Positions 14,482-28,447 are shown, numbered from the stretch's first letter. The stretch is DNA of 64,000 bases from Eledone cirrhosa (GCA_964016885.1 OZ024742.1:280426001-280490000), one strand, 5' to 3'. Notes: a model not told the origin generated them from the sequence alone. Numbers and translations are program-made.

Positions 14482-14650
14482 AAGGAAGTGTGGTAAAGAA
14501 CCAGATAGATCATAACGCACCAGAGTACACAATACTTAGGGTAGTAGAGTGGGTAATAGGAAAATGTTTAACTCCGACGGGCGAGCTCAAGTCCAGAAAT
14601 AGCCGTCGAAACGGCTTGAGCTCTGCCGTCGGGCTTAAACATTTTCCTAT
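14482..14650 (+). mobile_element. Short hairpin-ended repeat, copy 1, embedded in (TA)n
   Basis: Similar to 19267-19460 (reverse) and 28265-28363. Terminal inverted repeat ATAGGAAAATGTTTAA...TTAAACATTTTCCTAT. Confidence 0.75.
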
Positions 14651-14699
14651 ACATATATATATATATATATATATCTAAGTCGATAGACTTTCGTCAAAT

Positions 14700-14882
14700 C
14701 GGACCTAGGAAACAATGTTTCCATTGGTCTTTTCAATTGCTAATAGTATCTATCGGTCGCAACTCCAGGTATCGTGAAATAAAGTCTCTTGCCCCAAGTT
14801 TATAACGCATCGCCAGGTCTGGGAATCGAACTCACATCCTCACGATTGCGAATCCAATTCTGTAACCACTCAGCCACGCGCC
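14700..14882 (-). mobile_element. tRNA-derived SINE
   Basis: The minus strand begins GGCGCGTGGCTGAGTGG (Pol III box A) followed by GAGTTCGATTCC (box B). Confidence 0.75.
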
Positions 14883-14927
14883 TTCACACACAGCCGGATG
14901 GCTGAAACAGGTAAAAGAGTAAAAGAG

Positions 14928-14994
<67 letters not shown>

Positions 14995-15431
14995 ATTTAT
15001 TGAGATTCTCTGTATAATAATTTTGCATATCCTTGTTGGAACTTTAAATATATGATGAATAATTAAAATATCAATAACTGTCCACACTTTAATCATATAC
15101 TTAAAATGGTAGCAATAAGGCTAGGAAATAGTTTTATCGAAAAAAATGTAAGATAACTCCAGAATGCTTTCTACTTTTATAAGATTCTACGATTGCCTTG
15201 ATATACACATCAACATAGTTTTTTTGTCCATTATGACTATAATATCCTTGGATAAACCTGGACAGATACAATAGACAAATATATGAATGTATAATGTATG
15301 TATGCATGTTTGCATGTTTGTATCTATACCATCACACACACACAAACGCAAGTACATACTCACACACACATTGTCACATACACTCACACACACAGACACA
15401 CAGACACACAGACACACACAGACACACACAC

Positions 15432-15478
<47 letters not shown>

Positions 15479-16490
15479 TGAGTGTGTGTGTGTGCTTGTG
15501 TAATTGTGTGATGGTTCAGATATGTGTATAAGTATATATCTTATATATGTAATTATAAAAATATGGTTTATGGAAAGAATTTCGTTGTGCACAGAATCAA
15601 ACTTTTTTCTGCTAGATAATACTATATTTAGATGCGGCATGTGGCCAAGATTTAGATATGGTTGAAAACTAGCCATCAATCAAATCAAATCATCAGGGCA
15701 GAACACAAGAAAATACAGCAGCAACAACAACGTTGATTGATGAGGGAAGGTTAAGTTTACTGCATTACAATTTCAGTTAAGAATGCATGGATGACACTCA
15801 TAATTACGTCTAAAGAGTTTTACTCTGGCAATCTACCATAAGCTGTAGATTTCCTCCCCTTTTTCCTCTTTAGCACGGGTAGAGCAGTGTCTATGACCCT
15901 TTTCCGGGTCTTCTAGCACACACGTAATCCATGATTCTATTAAAGGACCTCCATGTCTGAGGGAATAACCAGAAACTTTCAACATATTTCTGACCGCTAA
16001 AGGGACTAAAATGCCATGTGGTGATTAATACTTTCTAGCCTCATCGTAAATAAATTGTAATAAACGTGAGGTTGCTGAAGACGGCGTTAACAGAGTATCG
16101 AATATTCATCGAAAAATATTGATTTACAATCCTATTTAATCAATATATGTTCAAGTACACACGCACATTTAACACAAACATTAGACACACACCCATACAC
16201 ACATACAGACACACACACACGTGCACATACCCCCCCCCCATATATATATATATATATACACGGAGAGAGAGAGAGAAAGAGAGAGAAGGTTGTTAGCATT
16301 TAATGTCCGTTTGTAGAGCTATTAAGGGTTGGACTAGTTTTCACAGACGTAGTAAATAATTTGTAGGAGTGAGTCAACAACCATTTCAGACGTAGCGGGG
16401 TCTATCTCTCATTTAAGCAATGAACCACACGCATAAACACAAACGCACACACTGAAGCAAGTACACACAGACACACACACATACACACAG

Positions 16491-16522
<32 letters not shown>

Positions 16523-16999
16523 TTATATATATATATATGTATATATATATTATGCTAGAGGACCTGATCCACCACGTGCGATTCGGGTGCCTTTTTGAGG
16601 ATTGAACCATGTCCTCGCTTGTACCCAACAGAATAAAATAATAGAAAGTTTGAGACTAACGTAGACCGACAGAGTAAAACAATTTAAACGCAATTATGTG
16701 TGTCAGACAGGCATTGGTAACTCTACTTCAAGTGCGTTAAACTATGGTTGTATTTATCAATCTGAGTTGCTTTTGTTGTTTGATGATGCTTTGTTCGTTA
16801 CGAATTACATGGCGTCCTTCTTTTCAAATATCATTGAGTTCATTAAATAAACTATTCATCATCATATAAAATATATTGGTGTTACAATTTGTAAGGAGAG
16901 ATACATTGCTAATGGTGATTTCTACCTTAACCAGACTAATTCTTAAATTTACTGACCTCGAAAGAGGAGAGGCAAAGCTGTGAGAATCTAACTTTTACA

Positions 17000-17960
17000 C
17001 CAGGATCGAAGACATCTTAGGCTTGTACAATTAGAAATGTGTGAGAAAACGGAGTGTGTTGCTTTTGGTTATTACCTTCAGCTTTACCATGGCAGTAATG
17101 GCCAGGCCGAGTCTTGTCAGTATCTTCTTAAGAGATCTGCCGTTGTAGGTTAGAGTGGATCCAAGACACTTAAATTTGTTCGCTTCATCAAGTCTTCCTC
17201 CATCACAGATGAGGCTGGTTGCTGTATTCTGATTATAACTATGAACCGGAATCTTGCTTTTTTCTAACCTGATCTCCATCCCTGGAGATTTATAGCTGCT
17301 GGAGTTCTGCCTCACATTTCAATAACGAGCAAATTGCAGGTTCGAATGAGCCATCCTCCAATGGAAACAGTGGTTTGGAAATCTTGGAGTGTCTCTTGCA
17401 TGTTGTTTTCCAGCAAGACATTGAAAAGCACTGGAGAAAGGAAACATCTTGTCAAAGCCCCAATGGTGTCCTGAAGAATGTACCGATGCTGTTATACAGG
17501 AGAACAGCTGTTTGAAATTTCATACAGTGCTTTAATTAATTGAATGAGGTTGATATGAAAGTTCTAATCCTTCATCTCCTTCAACCAAAGGCTTTTTAAC
17601 TTCTATGAAAATATGACAATGAGGAGTCAGTTAAATGCCTGCTCTGCTGTACTTCTTTGGGGTCTAAATATGTCCTATTCTTCTTTCTCTTAAGTCTGTT
17701 TTGAAGAACCTTTAGCAGTACGTTACTGAGGAGGCTAATTACGCTGATTCTTCTGTAGTTCTAGCAGAATCTTCCATTTTGTTATGGGCTAATGAGTAAA
17801 ATTAGTGATTGGGTCCAATCCTTTGGCCACTATTTCGTTTCCCATATCTTCTGACAGTTAATAGCGCCTTCATAAGCTTTAGTGCTCTATGTTTTAGGAT
17901 ATCTGATGTATTGGGGGTTTACCACCCTTGAGCATGTTCACCCCCTCTTCGACTTCACAA
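17000..17960 (-). pseudogene. RTE-type LINE reverse transcriptase fragment
   Basis: GMEIRLEKSK...FKCLGSTL...RLGLAITAMVKL in the ORF track. Upstream degenerate NYRRIS and LSPVLFNV motifs. Confidence 0.75.
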
Positions 17961-18129
17961 ACTCGTTAAAGCGGGGAGGAACTCAGGAGGGACAATGACC
18001 ATCCAATAGTGTGTAGATATTTATGTTGTGTGGGAATGTGTGTGTACATATGCGCGAGTATATAGAAATAATCAGTTTGGTGCCGTGCGCTTGGATAACG
18101 CGCCGAGAGTTATAGAATCGTGGTTATTG

Positions 18130-19000
18130 TTAGGACATCATTCTAGTAGAAAGTGTATTGTCGGGGCAAAGGTGTTCACATCTTTAATACATGAAGTTTT
18201 GTATGCAGATGATTGTGAACTTGTTGCACCCTCTGACTTTCAGCCTCTCATGGATTCTTTTCGGAGGCATGCGGTTGATTGTGTCTGACAATCATTGAGA
18301 CCGAGATATTAACCTGCTCCGGGTTAGGAGTTCACTGAGCCTAGCATTCGTGTGTGCAGCAAAACTTTGAGAGTTGCGGATATATTTGTATATTTAGGCA
18401 GCACAGTAGACACGACAAACAACTATGATAATGAAATGTTTTTTGACGACCAAAGATAACATGTTATTCTTTTGGTAAATAAGATGAGCGTTTCTGGTGT
18501 TGTCGTGTGGTTTCAATCGATACCAAGTTAAATGTTTATAGAACATTGTTATTGTCCGCATTGGTGTATGCATGTGAAACTTGGGTCATATACCAGCGAA
18601 TTATAAGGATACCTGAATATTTTCATCAACAGTGTCTTAGCCGAATACTCAGGATCCATTGGCAATCACATATGAGTGATGTTGAAAGTGTCGAATCTCT
18701 CATAATTCAATATAGATTGCGTTGCAGTGGCAATGCTAGAAGAATCTAAATCACCGTATTCCTAGGCAGTTACTGTACGGGAGTTAATCAAAGCAAGGGG
18801 CCAAGGCATAAGCCAAAGTCCAGGTATAAAGACTGCATCAAAAGATCTTTGAGAGAGGAAAACAATAAGAGGAGATAACTTGGAAGATATTGTCTTCGAT
18901 CGATTATCTTGGAAGAAAACTATGTTTAGTGGAAAACAGGAATTTGAAAAATGTGTTGAGCGTGAAAAAGGAAAGAGGAGTCTGTGTAAGGGTATACACA
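18130..19000 (+). pseudogene. RTE-type LINE RT C-terminal fragment
   Basis: LYADDCELVA, FVYLGS, TKLNVYR...LVYACETW, HQQCLSRILRIHW, RLRCSG. Confidence 0.85.
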
Positions 19001-19056
19001 CTATTACATTACATGGATTTTCAGATGCTCAAAATGACTATATGTGTGTGTGTTTG

Positions 19057-19106
<50 letters not shown>

Positions 19107-19237
19107 GGTGTGTACGTACGTGTGTAAATGTGTTTATTAATAGATAAATGTATAAACAGACGCACTCACATTCACACACACACACACACACACACACAAG
19201 CATACACACAGACACAAACACATACACACAAGTTCAC

Positions 19238-19266
<29 letters not shown>

Positions 19267-19268
<2 letters not shown>

Positions 19269-19460
19269 GGAAAATGCATGACCCCCGACGGCAGAGCTCA
19301 AGCAGTTTCGACGGGTATTTCTGTACTGGAAATAGATAGCCATCGAAACGGCTCACCTTTGCCGTCCGTGTCATACATTTTCCTACTACCCACTCTACTA
19401 CCCTATGTATTGAGTATTCTGGTGCGTTATGTTCCATCTGGTTCCTTACCACAACTCCTT
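19267..19460 (-). mobile_element. Short hairpin-ended repeat, copy 2
   Basis: Reverse-complement homolog of 14482-14650 with a ~120-nt imperfect hairpin at 19267-19385. TA-repeat flanks. Confidence 0.75.
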
Positions 19461-19489
19461 CGTTATATATATATAGAGATCGGTGAATT

Positions 19490-19855
19490 GGTGAGAGGAC
19501 AAACGGAATAGTAGAGAGAGGAAGGGGGTAGAGTTAGGAAGTAGAGTGATAAACTGAGATGGAGGGAGGGGTAGAGGTGGAAGGATTCCTTGGTCAGTTT
19601 TGATATGCAGGCTTCATGTCTTATGATTCCTCTCTCTCTATACTAGTAAATACAATTCTAAATAAATGTTTTTCTCTATATATTAAGAATTATTTCAAGA
19701 GTAACTTATTCACGACTTTGAAAATTTGGACTGTGAACAACAATTATAATTGAGTGGTTGCTATTTGCCGTATAGCAATATAAGGTTGCACTTACCAATG
19801 AAACGGTCGTAAATACCTGGATAAAATCCTTCTCTTAATGCTTACCTGTGTTTTC

Positions 19856-19928
<73 letters not shown>

Positions 19929-21884
19929 AACATAAATTATCGAGATACGCATTTCGGCCCACGAAATAACAAAAAAACAAACTCCGAGATGTGCTGCAAG
20001 TGCTCAATTATTCAGATGAACCGGATCTATAACAAACGTTAAAGGCCAAACACACTGAAACGATGGTTAAACAATTATTCGCATAGCCAAAAAAAACGAT
20101 CAAGTAATTCGGGTATTGACAATTTACCCGGAGCCCGGGAAGGTTGGTAAAATCCAGTATATGGGTTTCTGCGGCTCCTAAATCAAGTACTGTCCGCTTA
20201 CATAAATAATGTCAGGCTTCTGGTAAGATGATTGAACTAGGAAGCCACTTTCTCAACAGGTTTTTGCTCAATGTTAATACAAGGACTGACTATTGCTGAC
20301 CCCACGTGGGGATCGGCAAGGGAGGCAACCCATATATCAGGCGAATGAATTCAGTTGTGTATATTTTTGCAAGAATGCAAAAACATCACAAATCGAATAG
20401 AGTTCTCAACAGAAGGGCCAATAAGGGCCAAATAGAATAATAAATAAGCACTTTCCAGATTCACATAGATACAGCAAAATCCTTAACACTAAATCTATTA
20501 GACTATCTTACTCCACGGCAACAAATATAGAGGCACACATTAAGATGCTTAACGCCAAAAAGATACATAACAACACCTGAACACAAATTTACAACAATAA
20601 CAATACAATCACCATTGAAGACAACGGAATATCTAATACACAACCACCCACTAATAGGCAAACAAAACGTAACACACTTGTACAGGCATCGCAGCCCAGA
20701 AATAATGCCAAAGTTGCCCATGACAAGAATTGTAACTGTCACCTACCTGAAACCTGTCCATTACATAATGAATGTATGCAGTCTAACCTGGTTTACCAAT
20801 GCACAGTGGAATCAGAGAACCAGAAATGGTATTACATCGGAGCGACTGGGAATACATTTAAAGCCCGTTGGTATACACACCGTTACGCAATGAAACATTC
20901 CCAGCATCGTTATGTAACTACCCTTGCAAACAAGACCTGGCAACTGAGGGAAAGTAACCATCAATACACCCTGAAGTGGAAAAAATTATCGAACGCGCCC
21001 CCATATTGGAGTGGTATGAGAAGCTGTCGATTATGCGACCTTGAGCTGTTACACATCTTGAGTTCGAAGAATAAGTTACTCAACAATAAAATCGAAAGAT
21101 CAATTTATTGTAACCATAGACTCAAAGAGAAGTTTTCGCACTACAAGTGCAAATCGAACACTTAACCTCTTACTACCAACTGACAAACTGCATATACTTA
21201 GACTTTATACCCTCTTGTTGTACCTAAACCCTTTTAATTACCCACAAAAACCAATACCTATATCCCCCCCTTATCCTTCATTCCTCTTCTATTTCTTCGT
21301 TTTCTTCCTTCCTTCCCTCCTCTTTTTGGTTATCTTTTCTTTTCTTCTTTCTCCCCCCTTCTTTGCTTTTATTTTTGTCATTATTATCTTTGTCTTTATT
21401 TTTTAATATATATATTTATCTCTTTATATCTCCCCCCCCCCTCTATCTCTCTATCCATCCCTCCCACTATGATCAATTTAATTCTCTTTAACTCAGTACA
21501 TTCCACGACATGAAGTCTGCATATCAAAACTGACCAAGGAATCCTTCCACCTCTACCCTCCCTCCATCTCAGTTTGTCACCTTACTTCCTAACTCTACCC
21601 CCTTCCTCTCTCTCTATACTATTCCGTTTGTCCCCTCACCTTATGATTCCTCTCTCTCTATACTAGTAAATACAATTCCAAATAAATATATTTCTCTATA
21701 TATTAAGAATTATTTCATGAGTAACTACTCACTATTTTTGAATATTTGGACTGTGAACAACAATTATAATTGAGTGGCTGTTATTTGCTGTATAGCAATA
21801 TAAGGTTGCACTTACCAATGAAACGGTCGTAAATACCTGGATAAAATCCTTCTCTTAATGCTTACCTGTATTTTCTCTTTTATA
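19490..21884 (+). mobile_element. Penelope-like element with repeated pseudo-LTR
   Basis: 19621-19863 is a direct copy of 21641-21884, and 19490-19620 is an inverted copy of 21507-21640. A GIY-YIG ORF lies between. Confidence 0.85.
20434..21165 (+). pseudogene. Penelope linker plus GIY-YIG endonuclease (C-terminal part of the ORF)
   Basis: IINKHFP..HRYSKILN...LSYS, CNCHLPETCPLHNEC, NLVYQCTV...YYIGAT...FKARWYTH, CRLCDLE, LLN. Confidence 0.9.
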
Positions 21885-22014
21885 CTTTATACTCCAAGAT
21901 TGAATGGAATTCTTACAAACTTGTAGAGTTACCCTTAACCGTACGTTGAAACCATCCATGAAACTGGCTTTCTTAACCACGAACTGGATCACAAAGAGCA
22001 ATTTTCTGCTTCCA

Positions 22015-22084
<70 letters not shown>

Positions 22085-22401
22085 CTATAAATCGCCACGT
22101 GTAATTTATGAATATATATCTGTATCTATCAATGTGTGTGACTATGTGTGCCTGTTTGTCTGTGTGTCTGTGTTTACAAATACAATCTTAAATGCGTATA
22201 TACAGTCGCAGAAAATATACACATAATATTTTCCTTTATACCCCACACATTAATAGCAGAAAATGGAAATTAACAAAAACGAACTACTACAAAAGAAAAA
22301 CAACAAAGCAAACACAGATCGAACAAACACGAAACTAACAAAGAAATAAATGTATGACAATGATAATTGCTTATTGAGTTATGTATGTGTTGATATGTAT
22401 A

Positions 22402-22471
<70 letters not shown>

Positions 22472-22552
22472 CGTTTGTGTGTCTGTGTGTGTGTGTGTGC
22501 ATATTTACGTACAATTGTAATCATATATACATAAAAAGGATCAGTATTCATA

Positions 22553-22653
<101 letters not shown>

Positions 22654-23521
22654 ATGTATGCATGTATACACATGTATATGTTTATAACATAAGAGACCAT
22701 AATCCGGCTGGAGCGGCAGACCGAAGTTATTTTGATATACTATTGATATATCTTATAAATATTTGGTTGACGTTACGTATACGAAGCGAAAGATTTGTGT
22801 TTTTATTGATAATATCAGCGGAAAGACTAATTATTCGCCAGCGCTCTTTAATATTAGGCTGAAGACTTTATTGTAGTTTTTCCACCATTTTTATGTGATA
22901 CATATGATTTCCTATCGATTTCGTGGACGAATTAACAGCTATAAGCTATAAGCTTTTGAATTGTGATATGATCTGATCTGATGTATTGTTGTGCGGTATG
23001 ATCAATGAATGTTTTATGTTTATATGTGTATGTGTGTTCATACACAATAACACACGCACACACACTTACATACACACACACACAAACACATAAATATATA
23101 TACCTTCTCATATATTTGTATAAACTAACATACAATACTCTGACAATATTTGTGTAGATATATGCGGTGTTGGTAGTGCTGGTGGTGGTGTTGGTACGTA
23201 CTGTATTTCTATTTGTGTAAACAGGTTTGTTTCTTCCATAGATGTGGCTTGCACATATGACCATAACGTCGTTTAAAGTTTTTAATGGTAAGTTTTTATG
23301 GTCAAGTTATCTGCTCTTATATGATTAGAATTGGCAGATAAAAATGATGTAAATTCTCTGATTGTGATATTAGGAATGGTTTCAATGTCATATGTAGATG
23401 AGCGCGGCAATTTTTTTAACTTCAATGACCCCCCCCCCCTCTCGCTTTCTGGTACGCACTCACACACACACACACATGCACATAGACACGCTCACATCTC
23501 TCTTTCTTTCTCCCTCTCTCA

Positions 23522-23592
<71 letters not shown>

Positions 23593-23769
23593 AGACTCTT
23601 TGATGACCCTGTAATGATACAAGAGAACACTCAGATTAACAAACATGACACTGATCAGAAAAAAAGTTAGGGCAATTAGAGAGATAGGGATAGAGACGAT
23701 TGCACAATAATTGGGCAGTCATAGATGAAAGCTAATACTGAACAGAATTATATTAATATTGCATGAAAT

Positions 23770-23980
23770 TACTTCTAATTTAAGCAAATGGCCAGCAGTT
23801 TTAGGAGATGAGCAAATCAATTATATTGACCCCAGTTTTTGATCGGTACGTTATTTTATCCCCCACCTGAGGTTTAAAGGCAACCTTAACCTTGGTGGGA
23901 TTTGAACATAGAAGATAAAGAGCTGTAACTACGTGCCCTAAAGTATTTCATCCGTCGATCTGACGATTCTGCCAACCGCA
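23770..23980 (-). mobile_element. Degenerate octopus-type SINE
   Basis: Degenerate match to the SINE at 25517-25705 (AAAGGCAACCTTAACCTTGGTGGGATTTGAAC). Confidence 0.65.
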
Positions 23981-24399
23981 ACATACAAAAGTATAACAGG
24001 GTAGTACGATTACCAGTGGTTATAATAATAATATATGATTTCTCTAGTAATCGGTGCCTAAGAGAAGTATGTTCATTGGCCTCAGCACAGTCCCTAATCT
24101 CAGAAGACTCCTTTTGCTCTTAGATCATGGTAGACTTTATAAAGTCTTTTGATAATTACTCACATCCTCTAGCTATATGTGCCACAGATTCGTCTGATTA
24201 ATGGGAAATCACTGCAACTGTAGGAGGAACTTTATCCATACATGTTAGCTTTCATCCAATTTGTTATGAGTGCCTAGTCTAATGCAGCAGTACTAATACT
24301 CACAGTACCGTTTTTAATACAACCTGACCTAAGCAAAAGCCAAGAACTAGGTTCAGCAATGACTTTAATGGCAGCAGAAAATGTGCCATGTTCTTGTTT

Positions 24400-25195
24400 C
24401 TTACGTGGGTGTTACGGGTGCAAAACACCTACTTCTTATTGGCTGCATGATTCTGGGAAACTGTCATTTTAGAAATCAGAGTACTGCTTGGATGTCTATA
24501 AAATAGCATTTAACAGTGTTCCCCATACATGAATTTTGAAAACTTTGGATGTTCTATAAATTTCCCCAGTAATATCAAACTTCATGAAATAGAACATGTC
24601 TATATAGAATACAAACTTATCATTATCACACAGTGATGGAATTATAAATTCTAGCAGCATAAGTATTAACTCAGCTATTTTTCATGGAGATTCGTTTTCT
24701 CTTCTGATTCTTTGCATTCCACTTACTCCACCATCTTTAGCATTCTGCAAAACAAAATATGACTACAAAATAGATAGTAAAATAATAAATCAGCCGTTTT
24801 ATATAGATGGCTTGAAGTTGTATGCCAAAAATGACAATGAATTAGAAGGACTACTGAAGACAGTCAAGGTATTCAGCGATGTTTGGTCTGAAAACAGAGC
24901 CTAACTTGAGAAATAAATTATCTGTCATAAATGCGCTTGTAATCCCAGTTGTCACCTACAGTTTCAAGGGATGGCGCACTAGGACCAGTTAGTAGCAGGT
25001 TGGATGCATGGCTTCAGAAACTAAGAATTACCATCAGGGTAGGATTGTTGCCGAAAACCTCCTTGTTGGGAACAGCAAGAATTCTAAACATTGAAAGAGA
25101 AGAAATGACCTGTAGTACATTTGATCATTGGCTATGGCTCGCTCATCTGGAATAGTGTCGGTATAACATCTGCTAGAACAAAAGCGTCACGAATA
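24400..25195 (+). mobile_element. Decayed R4/Dong-type RLE LINE fragment
   Basis: Degenerate AFNSVPH, IFHGDSFS and FYIDGLKLYAKNDNELEGLL motifs; C-terminal GALG...LLGTARIL; followed by a short TAA repeat. Confidence 0.7.
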
Positions 25196-25199
25196 ATAA

Positions 25200-25705
25200 T
25201 TGTTTCTACTTTTTATACAAGTCCAGCAATTGTGCAACTGCAATAACCTCGGCGGGATTTGAACTCATACCGTAAAGGGCCGTAACTCCATGCTGCATAG
25301 GATGTCGTCCTAAACCTCCACCGATAGAGCCAATACACCACCTTTACGAATACTAATAATAAAGATGATTTCTAGTTAAGGCACAAGGCCAGTAATTTGA
25401 GGGGAAGGGGAAAGTCGATTAAATCGAGCACAGTGCGTTACTGGTGCTTTATTTTATCGACGTCGTTACGATGAAAGGCAAAGCTAACCTCGGCAGGATT
25501 TGAATAATAATAATAATTGTTTCTACTTTTGGCACAAGGCCAGCTATTTCCCCAGCGCATTACTGGTGCTTTATGTTATCGACCGCGTAAGGATGAAAGG
25601 CAAAGTTAACCTCGACGGGATTTGAACTCAGACCGTAAAGGGACGTAACTATCCTGGAAGGCATGGCGTCCGACCCTCTACCAAAACTGCCAATCCACCG
25701 CCTTT
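25200..25705 (-). mobile_element. Cluster of three octopus-type tRNA-derived SINE copies separated by TAA repeats
   Basis: Repeated AAGGCCAG...CTGGTGCTTTATTTTATCGAC...GATGAAAGGCAAAGTTAACCTCGGCGGGATTTGAACTC. Box B GAGTTCAAATCC on the minus strand. Confidence 0.85.
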
Positions 25706-25730
25706 GAATAATAATAATAATAATAATAAA

Positions 25731-26060
25731 GGGAAAAGTTGTTTCTTAATTGACATGAGCATGAACTTTCATCAGATCGCAACATCTCGAAAGAATTCGA
25801 GAAGCTCAGTAAGTATAAAGATCTATCAATTGAAATTGAGAAAATGTGGGATCTTATGGCCTATACAGTACCTGTTATAGCCGGTACACTTGGAATGGTA
25901 AAAAAGGGAACTGAAAAATATTTGGACCGGATAACTGGAAATATATCTCTGCAAGAGATAGAGTAAATAGTGCTGACTGGCACTGTCCATGTCCTGAGAA
26001 GGGCATTATCAATTTAATAACCCTGTAAAGACATTTACTGATATTTGTGCCCTTATGTCA
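25731..26060 (+). mobile_element. R4/Dong-type RLE 3' fragment
   Basis: CFLIDMS...KEFEKLSKYKDLSIEIEKMW...VPVIAGTLG...LTGTVHVLRRAL; preceded by (TAA)n. Confidence 0.8.
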
Positions 26061-26190
26061 TCATCTAAGTGATAAAAGATTGTAAAATGAATGTATCATC
26101 ACATTTTGCCTCAAGTGTGAGTTTGACACTCGGCATGGTTTCAGAAAGAAGCAGCAGTCAAAGGATCTATTAAATAATAATAATAATAAT

Positions 26191-26890
26191 TCTGGTGACA
26201 GTTTGGCAGAAAGACAGATGTTAATGGTAAATAGCAATGGGGAATGATTTTGAACCTGAAACTTAATCATTGTTACTTCCCGAGCAGGAACAAGCAAACT
26301 ATATCAAATAGTGAATTGACAAGCGTGTGAAATGGCATGGCACTGTTGAGCGAATGTAGAAACGTAGGAGCCGCGATAATTTACAAGTTAACCTGTAATT
26401 TGGTCTAGAATGAACTGGTATGCGCAAAACCAAGAAAATGTGATAAAAAATGAAAATACCAAGATTTCGTGGGATGTAATGATTAAATGTGACCTTACAT
26501 TTGAAGCGAAAACCTGCAATATTGCTCATACATAAAACAGGGAAAAAACCTCTTTATAACTGACTAGATGAGAAAGTAAGGAAGAGTACGCCTGGTAGGG
26601 TGATTTGAAATGTGAAATACAAAGATTATGATCAATGAACAGTACTGGTAGTTAATGGAAGTTTGGGCCGAGAACTTTAAATATTAAATGTTGGTTGGAA
26701 TACATTGGAGTGAGTATGAATATTGAGCATCTCCAAGAGACAATTATTCTTGGAACTATGCAGACTATTCGCAGCACTTTGAGAAACTGACAAGCACCTG
26801 CTACCTTACTCTACTGATTGAGGACAATTGGCACATATTTACTCCCTCCACTAAATTAAGCCGTGGGAAAACGTCCAGAAGATGTTATAA
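26191..26890 (+). mobile_element. Highly decayed R4/Dong-type RLE 3' fragment
   Basis: Degenerate ENTKISWD, VVNGSLG and HLQETIILGT motifs; preceded by (TAA)n. Confidence 0.55.
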
Positions 26891-26955
26891 TAGTAAAGAT
26901 AATTATAAATAATACATATTTTAATATATGTTGAATAATGCGATGAAGAATTTTA

Positions 26956-27017
26956 TTGATACTGATGATGATGGGGGTTGTTGTGCAGGTGGTAGTGTTT
27001 GAGGTGGTGCTGTTGTT

Positions 27018-27054
<37 letters not shown>

Positions 27055-27340
27055 GTGGTGGTGGTGGTGGTGGTGGTGGTTGTGGTGGTGGTGCTGATGA
27101 GGATACTGATGATTTTGTTGGTGATGGTGGTGATGATGACGGTAGAGATGATGATGTTAGAGGTAGTAGTGTTGGTGATGAAAATGATGATGGGGATGAT
27201 GATGGTGATGACGACGAAGATGACGACAACGACTATGATAACTGTGATGATGATGTTAATGATGATGATGATGTAGTGCGTTGGCTGTGTTCTTAATTAT
27301 ATATATATATATGATGATGATAATTATGATGATGATGCTA

Positions 27341-27402
<62 letters not shown>
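26956..27402. repeat. Compound trinucleotide low-complexity tract (GTT/GGT/GAT)n
   Basis: Read directly. Confidence 0.9.
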
Positions 27403-27403
<1 letters not shown>

Positions 27404-28155
27404 GTGAAGATTCTGTTGGGGATGATGCATAGAAACGTATTAAATTTCACTTGATTACAGGATAAAAATCGGATGCTTACATTAGCGGTGATATAGGGAT
27501 TCCGATGACATGAAAGAGTTTCTCAAAGGTGAATTCGACATGAAAGTCTTACCTGAAGAGTAAAGTTGTATCAACATATTATATATTAAAGGCTTTGCTA
27601 CAGTCACGATGATATGAAAGTGATTCCTAATAGGGATTCAGAGAAAATAATCAACAATCATGAATCAAATTCACAATGTGAAGTTGCGGGGGCTAATGAT
27701 TAGTTAGTATGTTACACTTATCCTCATATGATCGTGAACACGAGCCCTGGAAAGTGAGAAGTATTGTGTTGTTTAGGCCTTGTGTTCTGGATTACGCCAT
27801 TCGGAGATAATAATAAAAAAATGAAACAACGCATCTCCACTCCTCAAACTCACAAATGGATACAGTTTAACAAATCAAAGAAATCGGTCCAACATAAGTG
27901 ACCGAGTGTCTAAAGTGTTGGAAGCATAGTCATCGATCAAAAATGTAGGTTTCCATATTTGCACAGGGTGATGCAATGTATTCGTGATTCAGGTGCTTGA
28001 TGTTAGGTTGATTTTCAAGGTAGGACAGGAACCCCATCATTTGAGCACATGAAATGCCAAATGAGATACAACCACGTAGAAGGTCAACAGCTAAACCTGC
28101 ATAGGTGTGAGCCCTCAATTTCTCACCCTCCCTCCCTCTTTCTCTCTGTACCCCC

Positions 28156-28263
<108 letters not shown>

Positions 28264-28264
28264 A

Positions 28265-28359
28265 AGAAGGTGTGGTAAGATACCATGTGGACCATAACGC
28301 AACAGAGTACTCGATACTTAGAATATTAGAGTGGGTACCGTCGGGGTTCTGACTCTTTT

Positions 28360-28363
<4 letters not shown>
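28265..28363 (+). mobile_element. Short hairpin-ended repeat, copy 3, with most of the hairpin deleted
   Basis: GTGTGGTAAG...CATAACGCA.CAGAGTAC...GAGTGGGTA is joined directly to CCGTCGGGG...TTTTCCTAT. (TA)n on both sides. Confidence 0.7.

Positions 28364-28447
<84 letters not shown>

Noticed and set aside
14815-14882. tRNA-like sequence
   Set aside because: It has boxes A and B but continues into a SINE body, so it is a SINE head rather than a tRNA gene.
21760-21835. Hammerhead in the 19.5-21.9 kb Penelope pLTR (GAAACGGTC)
   Set aside because: No intact CUGANGA core is visible in either copy.
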